Source: Marsupella aquatica
Lineage: Eukaryota; Plantae; Marchantiophyta
Direction: 5' to 3'
Length of the DNA stretch: 64,000 nucleotides
NCBI GenBank assembly: GCA_973895155.1
Contig: OZ316898.1
Coordinates: forward strand, 11,989,187 to 12,053,186
Below, piece by piece: positions 11,201-24,846 of this stretch (the first letter of the stretch is position 1; each line of letters starts with the position of its first letter). The position numbers were made by a program, and so were the translations under genes. The notes below the pieces were generated by a model. The model worked only from the letters and a program-made list of their open reading frames with translations, ran no database searches and was not told the DNA's origin.

Positions 11201-13543
11201 AACTGCACTTTTTTGTGTATTTACAAAGAGAATAATTGTAATATTAGGGGACCACTTGCTAATGCACTTATCCACTTGTCCTGTACGGTACGATAGGTGC
11301 CGTGCGGCCCGAAATCATGACAAAGAATGACGTAATAATGTAAGAGGTGCGGTCGTCGCTTCGCACCACCGCCTGGGCAATATTCAATTTAGCGATGGTG
11401 GCCAAGAATTCAACTAGACTTTGAGACTTTGAGACTTTCCGTCGTTCCTGACCTTTTGCGGTGGCACAATGTTCTGTCCGTAGTCGACGCTGAAAATCAT
11501 AAATCTGTAGAGTACTAACTTGCTGTATTTGACACGGAGTTGACGAGAACTGCTTTTAGGGGAATTGAGAAAGAATTTGAGATGGCTTGCAACGAGAGTA
11601 CGAGATGGCCTTTTCGGGGAAATCACGGGGCTGTTTCTTGGTTTGAGGCGAATCTGGTCCGAATCGACTGAAGGACTCTTTTGGCCTTTTGGGTTTGGAT
11701 TATTTAACAGTTTTGTAGATGTAAATGGCGAAAGGAGCAAAGGAGTACCGCGGATCTGAGGATCTGCCGAGCATTTGTTGCACACGTACCATCTGCCCGA
11801 GACCGCATTCTGTGAATCCGTGTGGAGTGGATCGCCTTCACTGTCTCCGGCGACCAGACGATTGTTGGAAAAGGTAATGGTGCTTGACCCTTGAGTCTAG
11901 CTTGGAGTTGTTTGTCCTCAGATGGCAAGATGCCGAATATATAGGGAGAATATGTCTACGGGCCCGCCGCACGATTAGCCTTTTCCCTATGCCTTTATTG
12001 AAAAGCTCTACACAAGCACTGTAGCCATTCAGAATCTGGACCATGGCTTCTTTGGGATGCAGTAGCAAGATATCGTTGTTGTTCCAGGGTTTTGAGCTGA
12101 CGTTATGAGGCCGAGGCCCCTTCAGCTGAACCACACTGCGGACTAGCCAGGTCTGGTATGATACATTGAACAGGGTGTCCAATTGATGTCGATGGCTCCA
12201 GGTTTAATCTTTTGCAGGAGCTAGACAGAAAGTGAGCGAGTGAGCTATAAGTCACAAGAATCACGACGATTACAGGGACCATAGAGGTTGCACTCGTGTA
12301 TCATATCTAGTGGTCAGCTTTTTTGAGATCTGGTTATCGAACTACGAGACCGTCGTGGACACGGGTGTTTATTATAGTGGAGAGCATTCGACAGGTATGT
12401 GCTGGTAAGTAGAAATGTGGAAGTCAGCAAGCAGCATCATCGGCAGCAAAATTGGTATCAGCGGCGGGGACAGGAGTGGGAGCTTCGGGCAGGAGATTAA
12501 AAATGTAAGTATGCTATCACAGGTCGTCAAGATTCCGGTGCACTGCGTCACTTCCATTGTTGGATCCACGTATCCGCTCATGTTCAGTATCTCCATTCAG
12601 AACGAACTGGCTTGGCTGGAGCTATGAACAATTAGGTTGAAAGATCATCGCACTGAAGATTAGTTCAGTAGGACTACTCCTTAGATAAATATGAGTTGAT
12701 TACACAAATTGCAGTCAAGTGGCTGCATCGATGGATATATAGCACGATATCGTTTTATCTCCCACAGATTGACCGATTGAACTTCTAGTCATCTAGAATT
12801 ATTGTCACCTCGTCACTCCAGTAAGTTCGAACTTTCGTCGAAATCTGCCCGACGATTCTGACATACTTCCCGAGTTGTCAGATGAAACCTCGCCAATGCT
12901 ATCTGTGTGTTAAATGCAATTGTCTCACAACGGGATTTATCATTTTGCGTAGCAGTCCAAGTTACTTTCTACAATTATTTGACTCTAAAGGTCGAGTCAA
13001 CAGCCGCGGGCAAGTTTCCTAGTTCACAATTTTCTTTGTACCGTACCCATGGCTGGGGCAAGACTATCCGTATTCGAAACATTAGCGGCAACTGGACCGC
13101 TCGGGAAGACCCGGGGGTTGCACAAGACAATCTTCTGCGCCAGGGGTATTGACAACGGCAAGTTCAGCGGTACAGATTCATGTTTTGGCGGTCAGGTTCA
13201 TCGAGAGGCTTGTACATAGTAGAGATGGGGCAAGTTGACTTTAGTATAGGTTTGTGGAAATGAAGAGCTTAAACAGATATCGGGTTGCAATCTGTATGCT
13301 ACAGCCTCCAGGGTCCATTGCGAGCACCGTCTGGAAATGTGCGGACGTTATAGCTCTCGGACGGTAGGACTAGGCACATTGTTCCATCTTCGCAAAAACC
13401 ATCGGTTGATCTGAAATTTGATCAGTCTGGGAGAACAGTACGTGGCTTTAGTTAGATAAGCTAATCGTGTCATCTGCTTTATTCCCGTGAAACTTACGTC
13501 AGTTTCGGAATTCCTGCAGGGCCGTAGCGACCTTACCGGGCAG

Positions 13544-16500
13544 ATGCAACAGGACTCGGATTCGATCCGACAGCTTTGGAAAACCGCAATGGACGGCGTT
13601 GAGTCTTCAGCATGGGAAGGTAAATCGCTTAAAAGATTAGGTTTCCTTACACTTGTACTGTAGTCTTTGAATCCGCTCTCAATTGGAATCCATCGTAATG
13701 ATCAGATTAATTTGCTCTCATTGAATTTGTGCAGTTGGTCTACTTCTTTCCTCCTCGCACTAGTTAGTTACTAGACACAATCCTACTCGAGGGATTCGTG
13801 AGTGGTCAATCCAATACAATCATACCATACTGCTATCCATCATGAATGGTACAACTTTGGGTGGACTCCGAACGGCTATGAATTCTTCAATTCTCTATCA
13901 CATCCGCAATTCCGCACCTACATCTTATCTTGTTCGTTCACGAGTCGATAATCTACCGGAGAACATATTGCTCGTTAGTAGAGCCTGGGATTGAAACTCT
14001 CATCAGCAACATATCAGGGACAGAAATTTACTTTCTTTGTTTACTCATCTACTTCAGATAGGGGAAAATATTGTTACTTCCTCTGTTTTCTGATCAAACC
14101 GTCCTTGTGGTCTCTATAGATATCAACGAGGAACAGTTGCTTACGCCCCGCACGAGCATTACCAGCAATACCAGTTCCTCGAGTTCGTTTAGTTCACCGA
14201 TAGCACGGCAGGGTGGGAAGCTCCTCCAGGTGGTCAAGAGCAAAGTAAACTTTTCAAGGGGCGCCAGGAAAGCATCTCAAAGGGATCATGTTTCGGTCAC
14301 TGATGCCAAGGATTCTAGCCATAGTAGAAACAGCAGGACACAAGATGGGGAGATTGTCTCTGATAAGCTTATGGAGGAGCTCGAAACGCTCCAACGGAAA
14401 TTAGAGACGAAGGAAAAGGAGATGCAGAAACTCAACAATGAGGTATGGAAATCTTACAGACGGCTATTACAGTTATTAAAGTTGAGCCCTACTAGGTCAC
14501 TAGGCTTTAAATGTAGGTGAGCAAATCTTTGAGAAAAGAAATCGCTGTCAGCCTCAGCTAGCCTCTAATTAGGAACGTTAAACGCAGGTGTCCACATTGC
14601 GAATAATAACAGCCATCCGGAGCGTCCAGCCAGAATCTCAGTCGGAGGCACAGATAAGTCCTCAGGATGACAGCAGCCGCCGTTATTCCGCCGATTCGGA
14701 CTCCTCCCAGTTGTCATGTCTGGATTTTTCATTTGCCCCCTCCACTGGCGATCTCAAGTTCGAAGGCAAGATCAAGTATGCTCCTTCATAACTCTCGCCG
14801 TTATTCCGCAAGTATGATTTTTAAAAAGTTTTCGCAGTGCTACGGTAACTGACTTGCGGCATTGAGGGTTACAATGTCATTATCCGACGAATCAACTGGA
14901 GTAAATTTACACCTCACACTCTCAGAATCATACTTAGCTTCGAATGATGCTATAATTGTCACAAGCGATTGGTGATGTCTATCACTTTGACCATGTCTCT
15001 TTTAGACGACGTGGACAGTTCAATATAAATTCCCAAGGGAGAAAATGCTACACTCCAGAACCGGGAGCATAGTTAACTTAACTAGACAAACATGAGAACA
15101 ACAAACATGATTTCGAACGTTTGGGGTTTAAGGTGCTACCACTACATCCGGTCAAATGTTTGTTCCTCACACTAGCTGTTCTGCTCGAGGAATACAGGGC
15201 ACTAGGGCAGTTTCCGGACTATTGTCCTGCACTTGGGACTATTGTGGCGCTTGATGAGGCTTCTATTTCAGGGAGTGAGCGGATAGCATTGTGTTCCTAA
15301 CCTCAGGCTGTAATTTACCATAGAATCCTGGCTCTGCATTGTAGCATTCCTTTTCCAAGTCTTTCAGAGTGGGCTGTGTCGGTTGCAATGGATAAACGCT
15401 CGAAGTTCTGGTGACGGAGAATCTATGAAGTGTCGTTGTAATAAAATTAAATAATTAACAGTTCACCCTCGTTTTGTGCTATCGCTCAGGACGAAAATTA
15501 TTTCTTCTACACCTGAGATGGAGAGTGGAGATCAGCCGGACTCAATCCTTTCAGATAGTGCAGCACTTGGCGCTCCTCGTCTTGAAAAGCTGTCTCCTAT
15601 CAACGAAGTTTCTGCACCAGAGGAGGTACGGAGTACAACGAAAGGTAGTGCATCGTCACGAGTGCACGAGCTGGACGTTGTTCACAAGGATGTCGAGGAA
15701 TTGCCTGAAAAAACCGTAGAGGAGCTTCATATTTCCACTCAAAGCTATGTTTATAAAACTAAAGAAGAGTTCTTCGATATGAACCCCAATGAATCACGGT
15801 CCCCACCAAAGAGTACCAGCAGCACCGAAGAGGAGGACGAATTCGAATTTCCGGTATTGTTTCCAGACTCAAATAACTCGCTCACCCTGCAGAGGGCCAT
15901 TCCATCGAAGGTGGGCGAGTGCGTCTTAGCCGCGGGATTCTCTTGTGATCTTTCCGATGTCGAGGTTGACGACAAATCCCGCCCCACAATGATGAAGGAT
16001 TGTGAGGAGGTGGGTGAGAACGTTCTGACAGTCCCATTCGGCAATAGTTCACCAGCGAAAGAGGATCCATTAAAGATGCTCATGAATTCATGTGTGATGC
16101 TCGAAGTTGACAAGCTTTCAAAGACCACGACGAGTTTACGAAAAGAGGAGTCCTTAACAAGGGCAAAACATCCTGATCTCATCACTAAGCCCACACCTGT
16201 AATTTCACCTCGACGAAGGAGAGAGGAGTCACTAACGACCACAAAACATTCTGATCTCATCTCGAGGTCAACATCTGTGCTTTCACCCGCACGCTCACGA
16301 CCAGTGGCAGCTCAGGCTTATTCTAATCGTGGAGTGCGCGTCTCTCGGGAACCTTTTGACTTGCAGGTGAAAGCAGGGGATTCCGTGGGACAGACTGAAA
16401 CAGAGGAATTCTCATCCAATAGGACAGAGATCGACCTGGGATCGAAAATCTTGTCGATATCGACGTCTACGACTGAGGCGTCAATAGAGCCGATTGCCGG

Positions 16501-17326
16501 TTTAAATGGCTTAAATTTTGATAAACTGCCACGGCCAAAAAGCCACAGGACGAGCGGCTATCGTTCAAAGAGTCCCCAGTCCAGCGAATCCACCTCAACG
16601 ATCGCAGATCGCCGCGAAGGTTGGTCACTTGTCTTGCCATCTACATCTCGAAGAGCCACGACGACCGGTGATCGAAACGGAGGTCCGTCCCCTATTTCGC
16701 CATCTACATCTCCGAGGGTCCGAGAGCTTCCACTGTCCACGTATGCTGCTGGATCCCAACAACATGAAGAGTTTGGGTGGAAACCGAATCCTGGCAGGTT
16801 ACAGGAAATAGATCTGGAAGAGGAAGTGCGACAGATTCTTGAGCAATCAAGGCTGCTTCTGATGTCTGACGAGACCTTCAGCGAGGATGGACGTAGTGCT
16901 CCAGGGCCTGTGTCTAGAGATAAACCATTTAGTGTCTTGGCTCTTTCTCGTCATAGGAGAAGCATCGAGAAAAGCAGAACCGCATTTCGACATACTCCAG
17001 AGAAAAATCAGCAGCAGGATCGGCCTGGGCAGGAACAGGAGGAGGCGATGGTGCTCTATGGTGACGCTGACGCATGGAACATTCAATCTAGCAAAGTCGA
17101 TCATTTCCGCGAAGTAGATGCGGGAAAGGATAACGGAAATCATTCTCTCAGCCACCCTCCTGAGCTGCCTAATGCTGTGGAAGCATCCAACAGGAAGGAT
17201 GATCTCCAGCTAGTTTGGGAACTGGAGGTTCAAAACAGTAAAAATCAAATATTGTCTGAGTCCGTTCCTCGCAGATCCAGATTTTTCTTTGAGGCCAGTA
17301 TCGGAAAGGCCCAGGAACTGGTATGA
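13544..17326 (+). CDS. Spliced plant gene, uncharacterised Ser-rich/disordered protein with a short coiled coil
   Basis: Phase-compatible exons 13544-13619, 14120-14442, 14588-14775, 15490-17326 with GT-AG introns; coiled coil LMEELETLQRKLETKEKEMQKLNNEV; 612-codon last exon. Start and exon 3 boundary are uncertain. Confidence 0.7.
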
Positions 17327-18384
17327 GTGCTTCAACAAGCTCTTTGAGGAAACGCCTTCATTTGCAAGGGACTGGTTTCTACAAATTTCAACTAGTTGAC
17401 ATATTACGGTCTTCCAGGTACGAGGCTTTCGGTGTGGGTGCTTTGAAATCATTATCAGATTTGCAGAGTAGTTGAATTTATAATCCATCTCTTAAGATCT
17501 GGAGAACTTCCTGTCCACAGAGAGAGAGAGATAGATCTATCGGCTTACAGAAAGAATGGACAGTTCCTCGCTAGAGAGTTCGCGAAAAGTTCTAGTTCTT
17601 CACATGTCAATGTCAATGTCCAGCATTAATCCTTTGTACATTAGGGGAGTCTTGAGCGATTGAGACTCAGCACAAATCCTTTAAACATTTAAGCAATAGG
17701 GAGTGGCTTGAAGCATTTTTAACTTCTGTTGTACACAAGATCATAGCAACTGGTTAGTTGTCAAAGGTGCAGAAACAGATAGCTATTTGGTTTGACATCG
17801 AACTGTAGCTAAGCGCTAGTTTTTGATCCACGACGGTATCGTATACTTTAGTGAACACTGATATGTCACGGATCGTGTAATCTCCAAATGGTTATCCGTA
17901 TCGGAAAGACCGTGTCCTGGTGACCATACCACTCACCAATTTTTTTGGACAAGAAAAGTCGATGCCCCCATCAAGTCTCGTTGTGAGCTTCCATTTTTTC
18001 TTTGGACAAGAAAAGTCATTGGTGCCCAAATGTTGTTGTGAACTTGCCCTAAGATTCAATTACAAACTGCTCCCTATAATTGTCATGTTGGAGAGGCTGG
18101 CTTAACTTATCTTTTGGACAAATCGACGCATGACCGCAGTGGCCTAGCTTGAATCTCTGTGTCCAGAGAATGAACTTGTCTCGATTGGCTTCAAAGGATG
18201 TTTCTAGTGCAGTAGTAGTGTACTAACCGTCTCCAAATCTTATGCCGACCAGAAGACCCTCAGGCGGAGGACTGGATTCTAGCTTGAAACAGATAACTTT
18301 GACTCTCTGCACATCCCCAGGAAACCATTTCATTTTGGTCATCTCCTCAACTTCGTGCTAGAGAGTCACAGCTAGCTAAACCCT

Positions 18385-18580
18385 AAACCTATCCTCTTCC
18401 TAGCTACATCTTCGAGTACTTCGGACAAACTTTCGTGATCAAATCCAGTTCCCAAGATCCGTGTATCCTCCAGTCGACGGGTCCTTCTGTCTTATGTATC
18501 CTCTTCCTAGCCTCATCTTCGAGTATTTCAGACAAACTTCGTGATCAAACCCTGTTCCCAAGATCCGTGTATCCTTTTTG
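18385..18580. repeat. ~110-bp direct tandem duplication
   Basis: TATCCTCTTCCTAGC..CATCTTCGAGTA..TC.GACAAACTT.CGTGATCAAA...GTTCCCAAGATCCGTGTATCCT occurs twice. Confidence 0.8.
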
Positions 18581-21035
18581 ACCGTCTTGCAGGAATTTGA
18601 TTCCTTCCCAGTTTCTGTGGAGATACATTTCCCATATCCTGTGAATGATGTATAGTACTTCACATACCGTTTAATTAATTTGCATCCTCAACTTCTGGTT
18701 CCAAACGAGTGCCTGAGATCTCCGATTGATGTAATCTTCGGAAAGTCTTGCAACCGTGGAACTTGTGATCTACAACCTCAAATGTCCTACTGACTCGCGC
18801 GACATGCGATAAAGGAGGAACTACACTTGAAGAACTTTCCAACAATTTCAATCCCAAGCTCGAGAGTAATTGTCACACACGATAATCTAACAGGGTGTCA
18901 ATTGTAAACGTACGACGGACAAACTCGATCAATCACTAGGTCCATCTCATCAAAATGTCCCAAGATAGTCTTTGATTGAAGGACACAAATGTCTGAATCT
19001 GATAATTCAGGTAAAAGCATTCGGTGCTTGCAAACGACGGGTTATTAAAAAGAAAACCTGATAAAGCCTTGAAACGCACTCTACGATGCTTATGTTCCAA
19101 ACTTTTCGCGCCTCACCGTCTCTAAAGAGCAGGCTTCCTGTTAGGAAAACCCCTCATCTTAAGCTCGGAACGAAGGCACTCAATGCAGACCAAAAGTTAA
19201 AGAAATAATCATAAAACTGAATACCAGTCCAAACCAACGATGTCGTCAAAGGGCCAGTCGAATGGAAACCTCAGACACCGTATCTTCTAAGAAATGCGAA
19301 ACTTCTCAATCAACTTGCTTCGCATGCCAGTTTGCAAGTTCACCAGTTTAAGACAATTTTCTGGCAGCGGCCGTCGACAAGAATGTTTTCAATACTCCTG
19401 CCGTGACTTGGAGCAGTATGTTTGGCTACAGAAATATTGTACAAGGTCTTTCAAGATTCAAGATTGTACAGCCGTACGAGAAAGCACATTGTCTTGAATG
19501 ACGTCGGTGTCGTGAAGAATGTCTCCCATTCTGCCTTGGCTGTTGACTGTGATCCATGAAGGTCATTACGTCCACTGTGAAGGTAATGATTCTCTAAACT
19601 TCTCCCTCAGGTCGACGTCCACTGTGAGGGTCGTGATTCTCTGAACTTCTGCAGCGAGTCCACGCAGTCGGAAAAATAGATGACAGCAGTATCCGAGTAA
19701 GCACCTGCTGTATTGCCCTAAACACTTCCACGTACAACCTTCAATTCACGTCAATTTATTGCACATGTCAGCATGATTTGGTTTTGAGAACTTCTGCATG
19801 ATGTGGAGACCTTGTCAGGAACAGATCCGGCTTACTCTACTAGGGGGTGTCAAACAATTCCCGGCAACCTACTAAGGATGTCCCATTGTAGGTTCGGGCG
19901 GGAAGAGGTGATGATCCTTAAGCATCGGTATAATTCAGAATGGGATTTCATACACAGTAGTAATTGAAAACTCGAGGACTGGTATCAAGGACATGCGCGC
20001 ACGTTCCACCATGCTCATCGCTAAAAATGTTCCATACGATCTCTAGCTATGTCTCTTTGACATGTGGGAGGGACGTGTGTGCTTGTGGCTTGGATGATGT
20101 GGAAGCAAGGCACACAAGTATAATTGAACCAAACACTCTTCTCTGAGCCAGTAATTTTCTCGAACTGCAAGTCTTCAGAACCATCTACAAGCAGAACAAA
20201 TGCTTGCGTCCGATAGTAAAGTCGATCTTCAGTTTTCATAGCAAAATCGTAATCGTTTACAATAATCAAGTGACGTTGCCTGCATGGCTAACTGGTCCAT
20301 CTCCTTTCCCTGTCAATTGTCGAGAGCCTGCTCTTCTCCGGATCCTCAACAGCGCGCCATTACGGTAATTGAAAGTCACCAACGACTTAATGTATATAGC
20401 TACAGAGTTTTGTCTTTAGCGCGCGACCTGTGAAAATCTTGGCTGCTGCCTTCTTGATCTCGGAATTCAGAAGTCGTGTCGCTGCCGAGGCCAGCAGCAG
20501 CGTCTCTTGAGGCTGAGGAAGTCTCCTCATCAGACTCGCAAATTGTGATCGATTCTTTGACTGCGTACCACAGTTTGCGGACGTAAAGACGCGTGTATAT
20601 CTCCAGATCTAACAGCACGAGAGAAATGCAATGCAGCCTCGGCGCTGGTAAACTCACGATACTCAACCTAGTCGCATCATATTGCTCTGCTGCTCCAAGG
20701 CTCCACTTCTTCTCTGAAGCTCGACGTATTCGACCGCAGCTGGTCCAACTTTCTGATCGCAGCAGAAGCTCGCCGGCAGTTCTTGATCCGCTATTTCCAA
20801 ACAAGATGCCCGCACCGGTGACGAAATCCACGCAATCTCGAGCCTTCTTCGTCCTCATCTCTCAACAGATTTCTGCGTTAATATTCTGCCTCCCTCGCTC
20901 CGGACCGATCGCACGAGCTGCAAGAAATTGCAATCCCTTCCTGTCTGTTGGATGACAATACAGGAGTACAGGACCATTTCTTTACCATACACGATGACAA
21001 TACAGCAGTACAGGACCATTTCTTTACCATACAAG

Positions 21036-22768
21036 GGGGTAAATCAACAGACCATTAAGGCTCCCCAGTTTTCTTGGGGGCAGTACCCTGTCCGTCACAA
21101 ATCCCATGACTGTCAATCATCGTTCTGGTGGACTCTAAATGTATCAGCCCTTGATCCATCGACGTACGGAAATGTTTCATTCGTTTCGAATTTGATGCCC
21201 TTTAGGGCACGGGACATACCTAGCCTTGAATGCCCATGTCTCTATTTTCCGGGCTGTTTTTGTCCCTTGATGTAATGCTCAGTTTTTGTCATTGTGGTTT
21301 GTTGCTTGCATTCGTGTGACTCTTCTGGCAGCCCCGAGTTTGCATAACTATAAAGGTTGTCGTGTTCGTGTGATTGTTCTGGCAGCCTTGCAATTGTCCA
21401 TCTATAAGGGTTGTCGCAATTGTGCACCTATATTTATTGTTTGCATTCATGTGACTATTTTGGCAGCCCCGCGTTTGCACAGCTGTAAGGGTTGTCATGT
21501 TCGAGTGACTGTTCTGGCAACCCCGCGTTTACGCAGCTATAAGGGTTATCGTGTTTGTGTGATTGTTCTCGCAGCCTTGTATAGCGAAGGTATGAAAGTT
21601 GTCGCATTTTTTACTATTCTGGCAGCCCCACGTTTGTGAGCTATGATCTGTTTCTCGGCTTTGTGTGGTTGTTCTAGCATATCAGGATTTGCATAGTTTG
21701 ACGACCATTGTACTCCTCACATTCAACCAATCAGAAATACACTTGCATTTGTGCAACTATTCTAATATCCACTTATTTGCGCACAAAGGAGGTGAAGTAT
21801 GCTTCAGATGAGTTAGTCAATAGCTAGGTAACTTGTAATATTTACTTCTAAAAGAATCTTAATAAAAAGTGTTGTGTGTAGTCATTGTGCACCAAATTTC
21901 ATTATCATGAAGCCTCCTCATCAAGGGATACATTGAGGTCAATGTTGGTGTTTATGACATGAGCAGGTAGTGGTGGAGTGAATTGATTTGCTGTCCTACG
22001 TGATCGCCTAGCTACCTTCCTTATATTCCCTGCCTAACCTACTCAGATGCTGCCTGATAGATTCCCAAACCACTTTGCGCTTGGATAGTAGTGCACATGG
22101 TGTTGTGCCATCCTCCTCCTACCATTCAAGAAAGTTGCTAAGTTACCGCTTCTTCAATTGGTTTTTTCATATAGGATAGTACAGAAATTGGAACAAACAA
22201 AAAATATAGAACTTCCCATATTGGTAATTTGAGACTAAGCTGCTTGTTCTTTTGCTTTTGTTGTCCTCAAAGCCATCGTCCTCCTTCCTCTCTTCCCGCC
22301 GTGGTCCACCCGTATAGTTGTGCAAAACGCGGGGCTGCCAGAACAGTCACACAAATGCAAGCAACAAACATAGGTGCACAACTACGACAACCCTTATAGT
22401 TGGGCGATTGCAGGGTTGCCAGATCAGTCACACGAATGCGACGACCCTTACAGTTGCACAATCGCGGGGCTGCCAGAACAGTCACACAAATGCAAGCAAC
22501 AAACCACAATGACAAAAATTGAGAACTACAACAAGGGACGAGAACAGAGGGAGACATGGGTATTAAGGGCTAGGAATGCCCCACGCCGTAAAGGGCATCA
22601 AATTCAAAAAGAATGGAACTTTTCCGTCCGTCAATGGATCAGGGGCTAATACAGTTAGAGTTCGCCAGAACGGTGATTGACAGTCAAACAGGCTTGCGGG
22701 CAACAGCTTTGGGCTTTGTGACAGGCCCAAGAAGACTGGGGAGCCTTAATGCAGTGTTGATTTAACCC
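21036..22768. mobile_element. Foldback/Mutator-like element with long imperfect inverted arms containing internal ~54-60-bp tandem repeats
   Basis: 21036-~21490 is the reverse complement of ~22320-22768 (GGGTAAATCAAC..ATTAAGGCTCCCCAG / CTGGGGAGCCTTAAT..GTTGATTTAACCC). No TSD seen. Confidence 0.7.
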
Positions 22769-24846
22769 GGTGTTTTACCATGTTGCATTATATTACACAA
22801 CTTGTGGGTTTACCATGTTTATTTTGTTACTTGAAAGGTTCATCGACTTGATTAGAAAAGAGCATGGAACTGGCATAGGGGGCGGGGGAGGAGGGCCACC
22901 AATATGGTTTCCAATGTGGAGGTTTTTGGGACCCTACACCCGACCTTCAACCACTTACCATTGGTCTTTATGTTGAGCAGAGGTCTTATCCACCTTTGTC
23001 TGTCATCATGGCCATTTTTTGACAATGGATGTCAGTTGCATTTCAGCCGACTCAAAGCACTTTCTTAACTACTATTCTTCATAGGGGTGAGGCGGTTGAT
23101 TCTAGGGCAACTGGTCAGGTTCCTTTGTTAGCTCACCCTATGCAGTTCACTGTTGGTGTGGTTGGCTTCTGCTCTGGGTTTGAGGGCTTTTCTGAGCCCC
23201 TTGGTTTACTCCCGTTCTTTGGGTCTTAGTCTGTAAGATCATGTCGCTTATTTGGGCACCCCTTGTTCTTTTAATTAAATATATAATTCACTTGATTTCT
23301 GAAAAGTCTTTGCCACTTTTGGCTCAAATTTGCTAGGGTGTTTTGCTCAGCAATTTTACTCAGGTGCTTGTGATAGCCGCATCTCTTAATAAAGTATACA
23401 ATTAATTCGAGTACCTGGCCTCAATCCATGAATGAGAAGTTGACCATTAGTTTTAGGTGGAAATTAGTTCTCTTTGCACAAAGAATAGGTCTGGATCTAT
23501 AATTTTATTTGAATCTAGAATCAGAGTGTCATCTTCTTAGTCTCTATTACCTTGGTCACTTTTTGAATGAATATAAAGTTAAGAATGAAAACAAAGTTCT
23601 TTCATCATCCTTTTTTCTTTTGTCACACCCTAAAAGCATATAGAGTAGGGCTAGCCAGGGCTTAAATTCACCGCTCCATTCATTTGTTTACTATTCACTT
23701 TTCATAGAAATAATTTTCAAATTTCACTCTAATTCTACCTTACCTAGTGACAACACAGTCTTTTCAACTCAAATCCCTGCAAAATTGTACTCATAGTTTG
23801 CGTATTTTTGAGCTTTATGGTAGACAATGCCCATCACATGCGTATTTTGAGATTTGTGGTCTACTTGCCTCTTGGTAAGAAACTAACCAAAATGCAAACC
23901 AGTTGATGAAATTTTAGGTTGTCTTTGAGTGAAGAAAGGCAAAAGGGAGTAAAGATTATAAAGTCCCTATTGTTGTGTTATGGGCAATTAATGCCCCTCC
24001 ATACTGGATTAAAGCACTCATTTGGGGTGGGGGGGGGGGGGCGCGGGAGCATTATAGCCCACAATGTCCTGGAAACAAGGCTTCCCTTACATGAGTACAA
24101 ACTTATGTGCTTTTTTGTATTTTGGAGACCATTCATGTTTTACAATACACAACTTGTTTAGAGAAGTGAATTATGGAGTGAGCCATTGACCTGTCAATCT
24201 TGGCATTGCAGAAGTCGTACTATATAAAATGAAAAATGACCTGTCCAACGAGGCATGACTTTGTGGTAGCTCACTTGAATAGAGACTGATAGATCTTGGG
24301 TTCAACTGTTGTGACTGTCTCTTGCCAACTATTGTGGATGACTCTTCATTTTCTGTCAGTGGGGTTTCACAGATGTCCCCCATACTTTTTTTAAAAATAA
24401 AAAATAAAAAATGAACTGAAATCCTGGCATTTAACTTTTTCTTCTTTCTTTAAACGTACAGTACTGCGTGACATTAATTCCAATGATTTAACAAATCTTT
24501 TGGTTACAAGCACTGTGGGGCACAACGTCTCCTCAAACTTGCTCTAAAGCACTCATTCAGGGACATTATCCCCTTCAAATGACGGAGTATCTGCCCTTGC
24601 AAAGCTGATCTCACATTACCATGCTCGCAACTTGTCGTGTATTGTGCCATGTACAGAAAACTTCACAGGGTGGCATAAGTTCTGCCCCTACTAACAGGAG
24701 ATTCATTCAACTCTCTTGGGAGGCATGTGATGGACCTCTGAAAATGAAGTGTTATTTGGTAAGACCTCTAAATGACCCCTTGAATGATCTAGACTGTTGA
24801 TAGACCTTGAATCAAGTAATCAAAACCTCAGTGGTCCCATCAACTA

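Noticed and set aside
20400-20955. Overlapping ORFs 20400-20858 (-) and 20593-20955 (+)
   Set aside because: No recognisable motifs and no supportable exon structure.
21242-22649. Cys-rich ORFs in the foldback arms
   Set aside because: They derive from tandem repeats within the inverted arms and show no recognisable domain.
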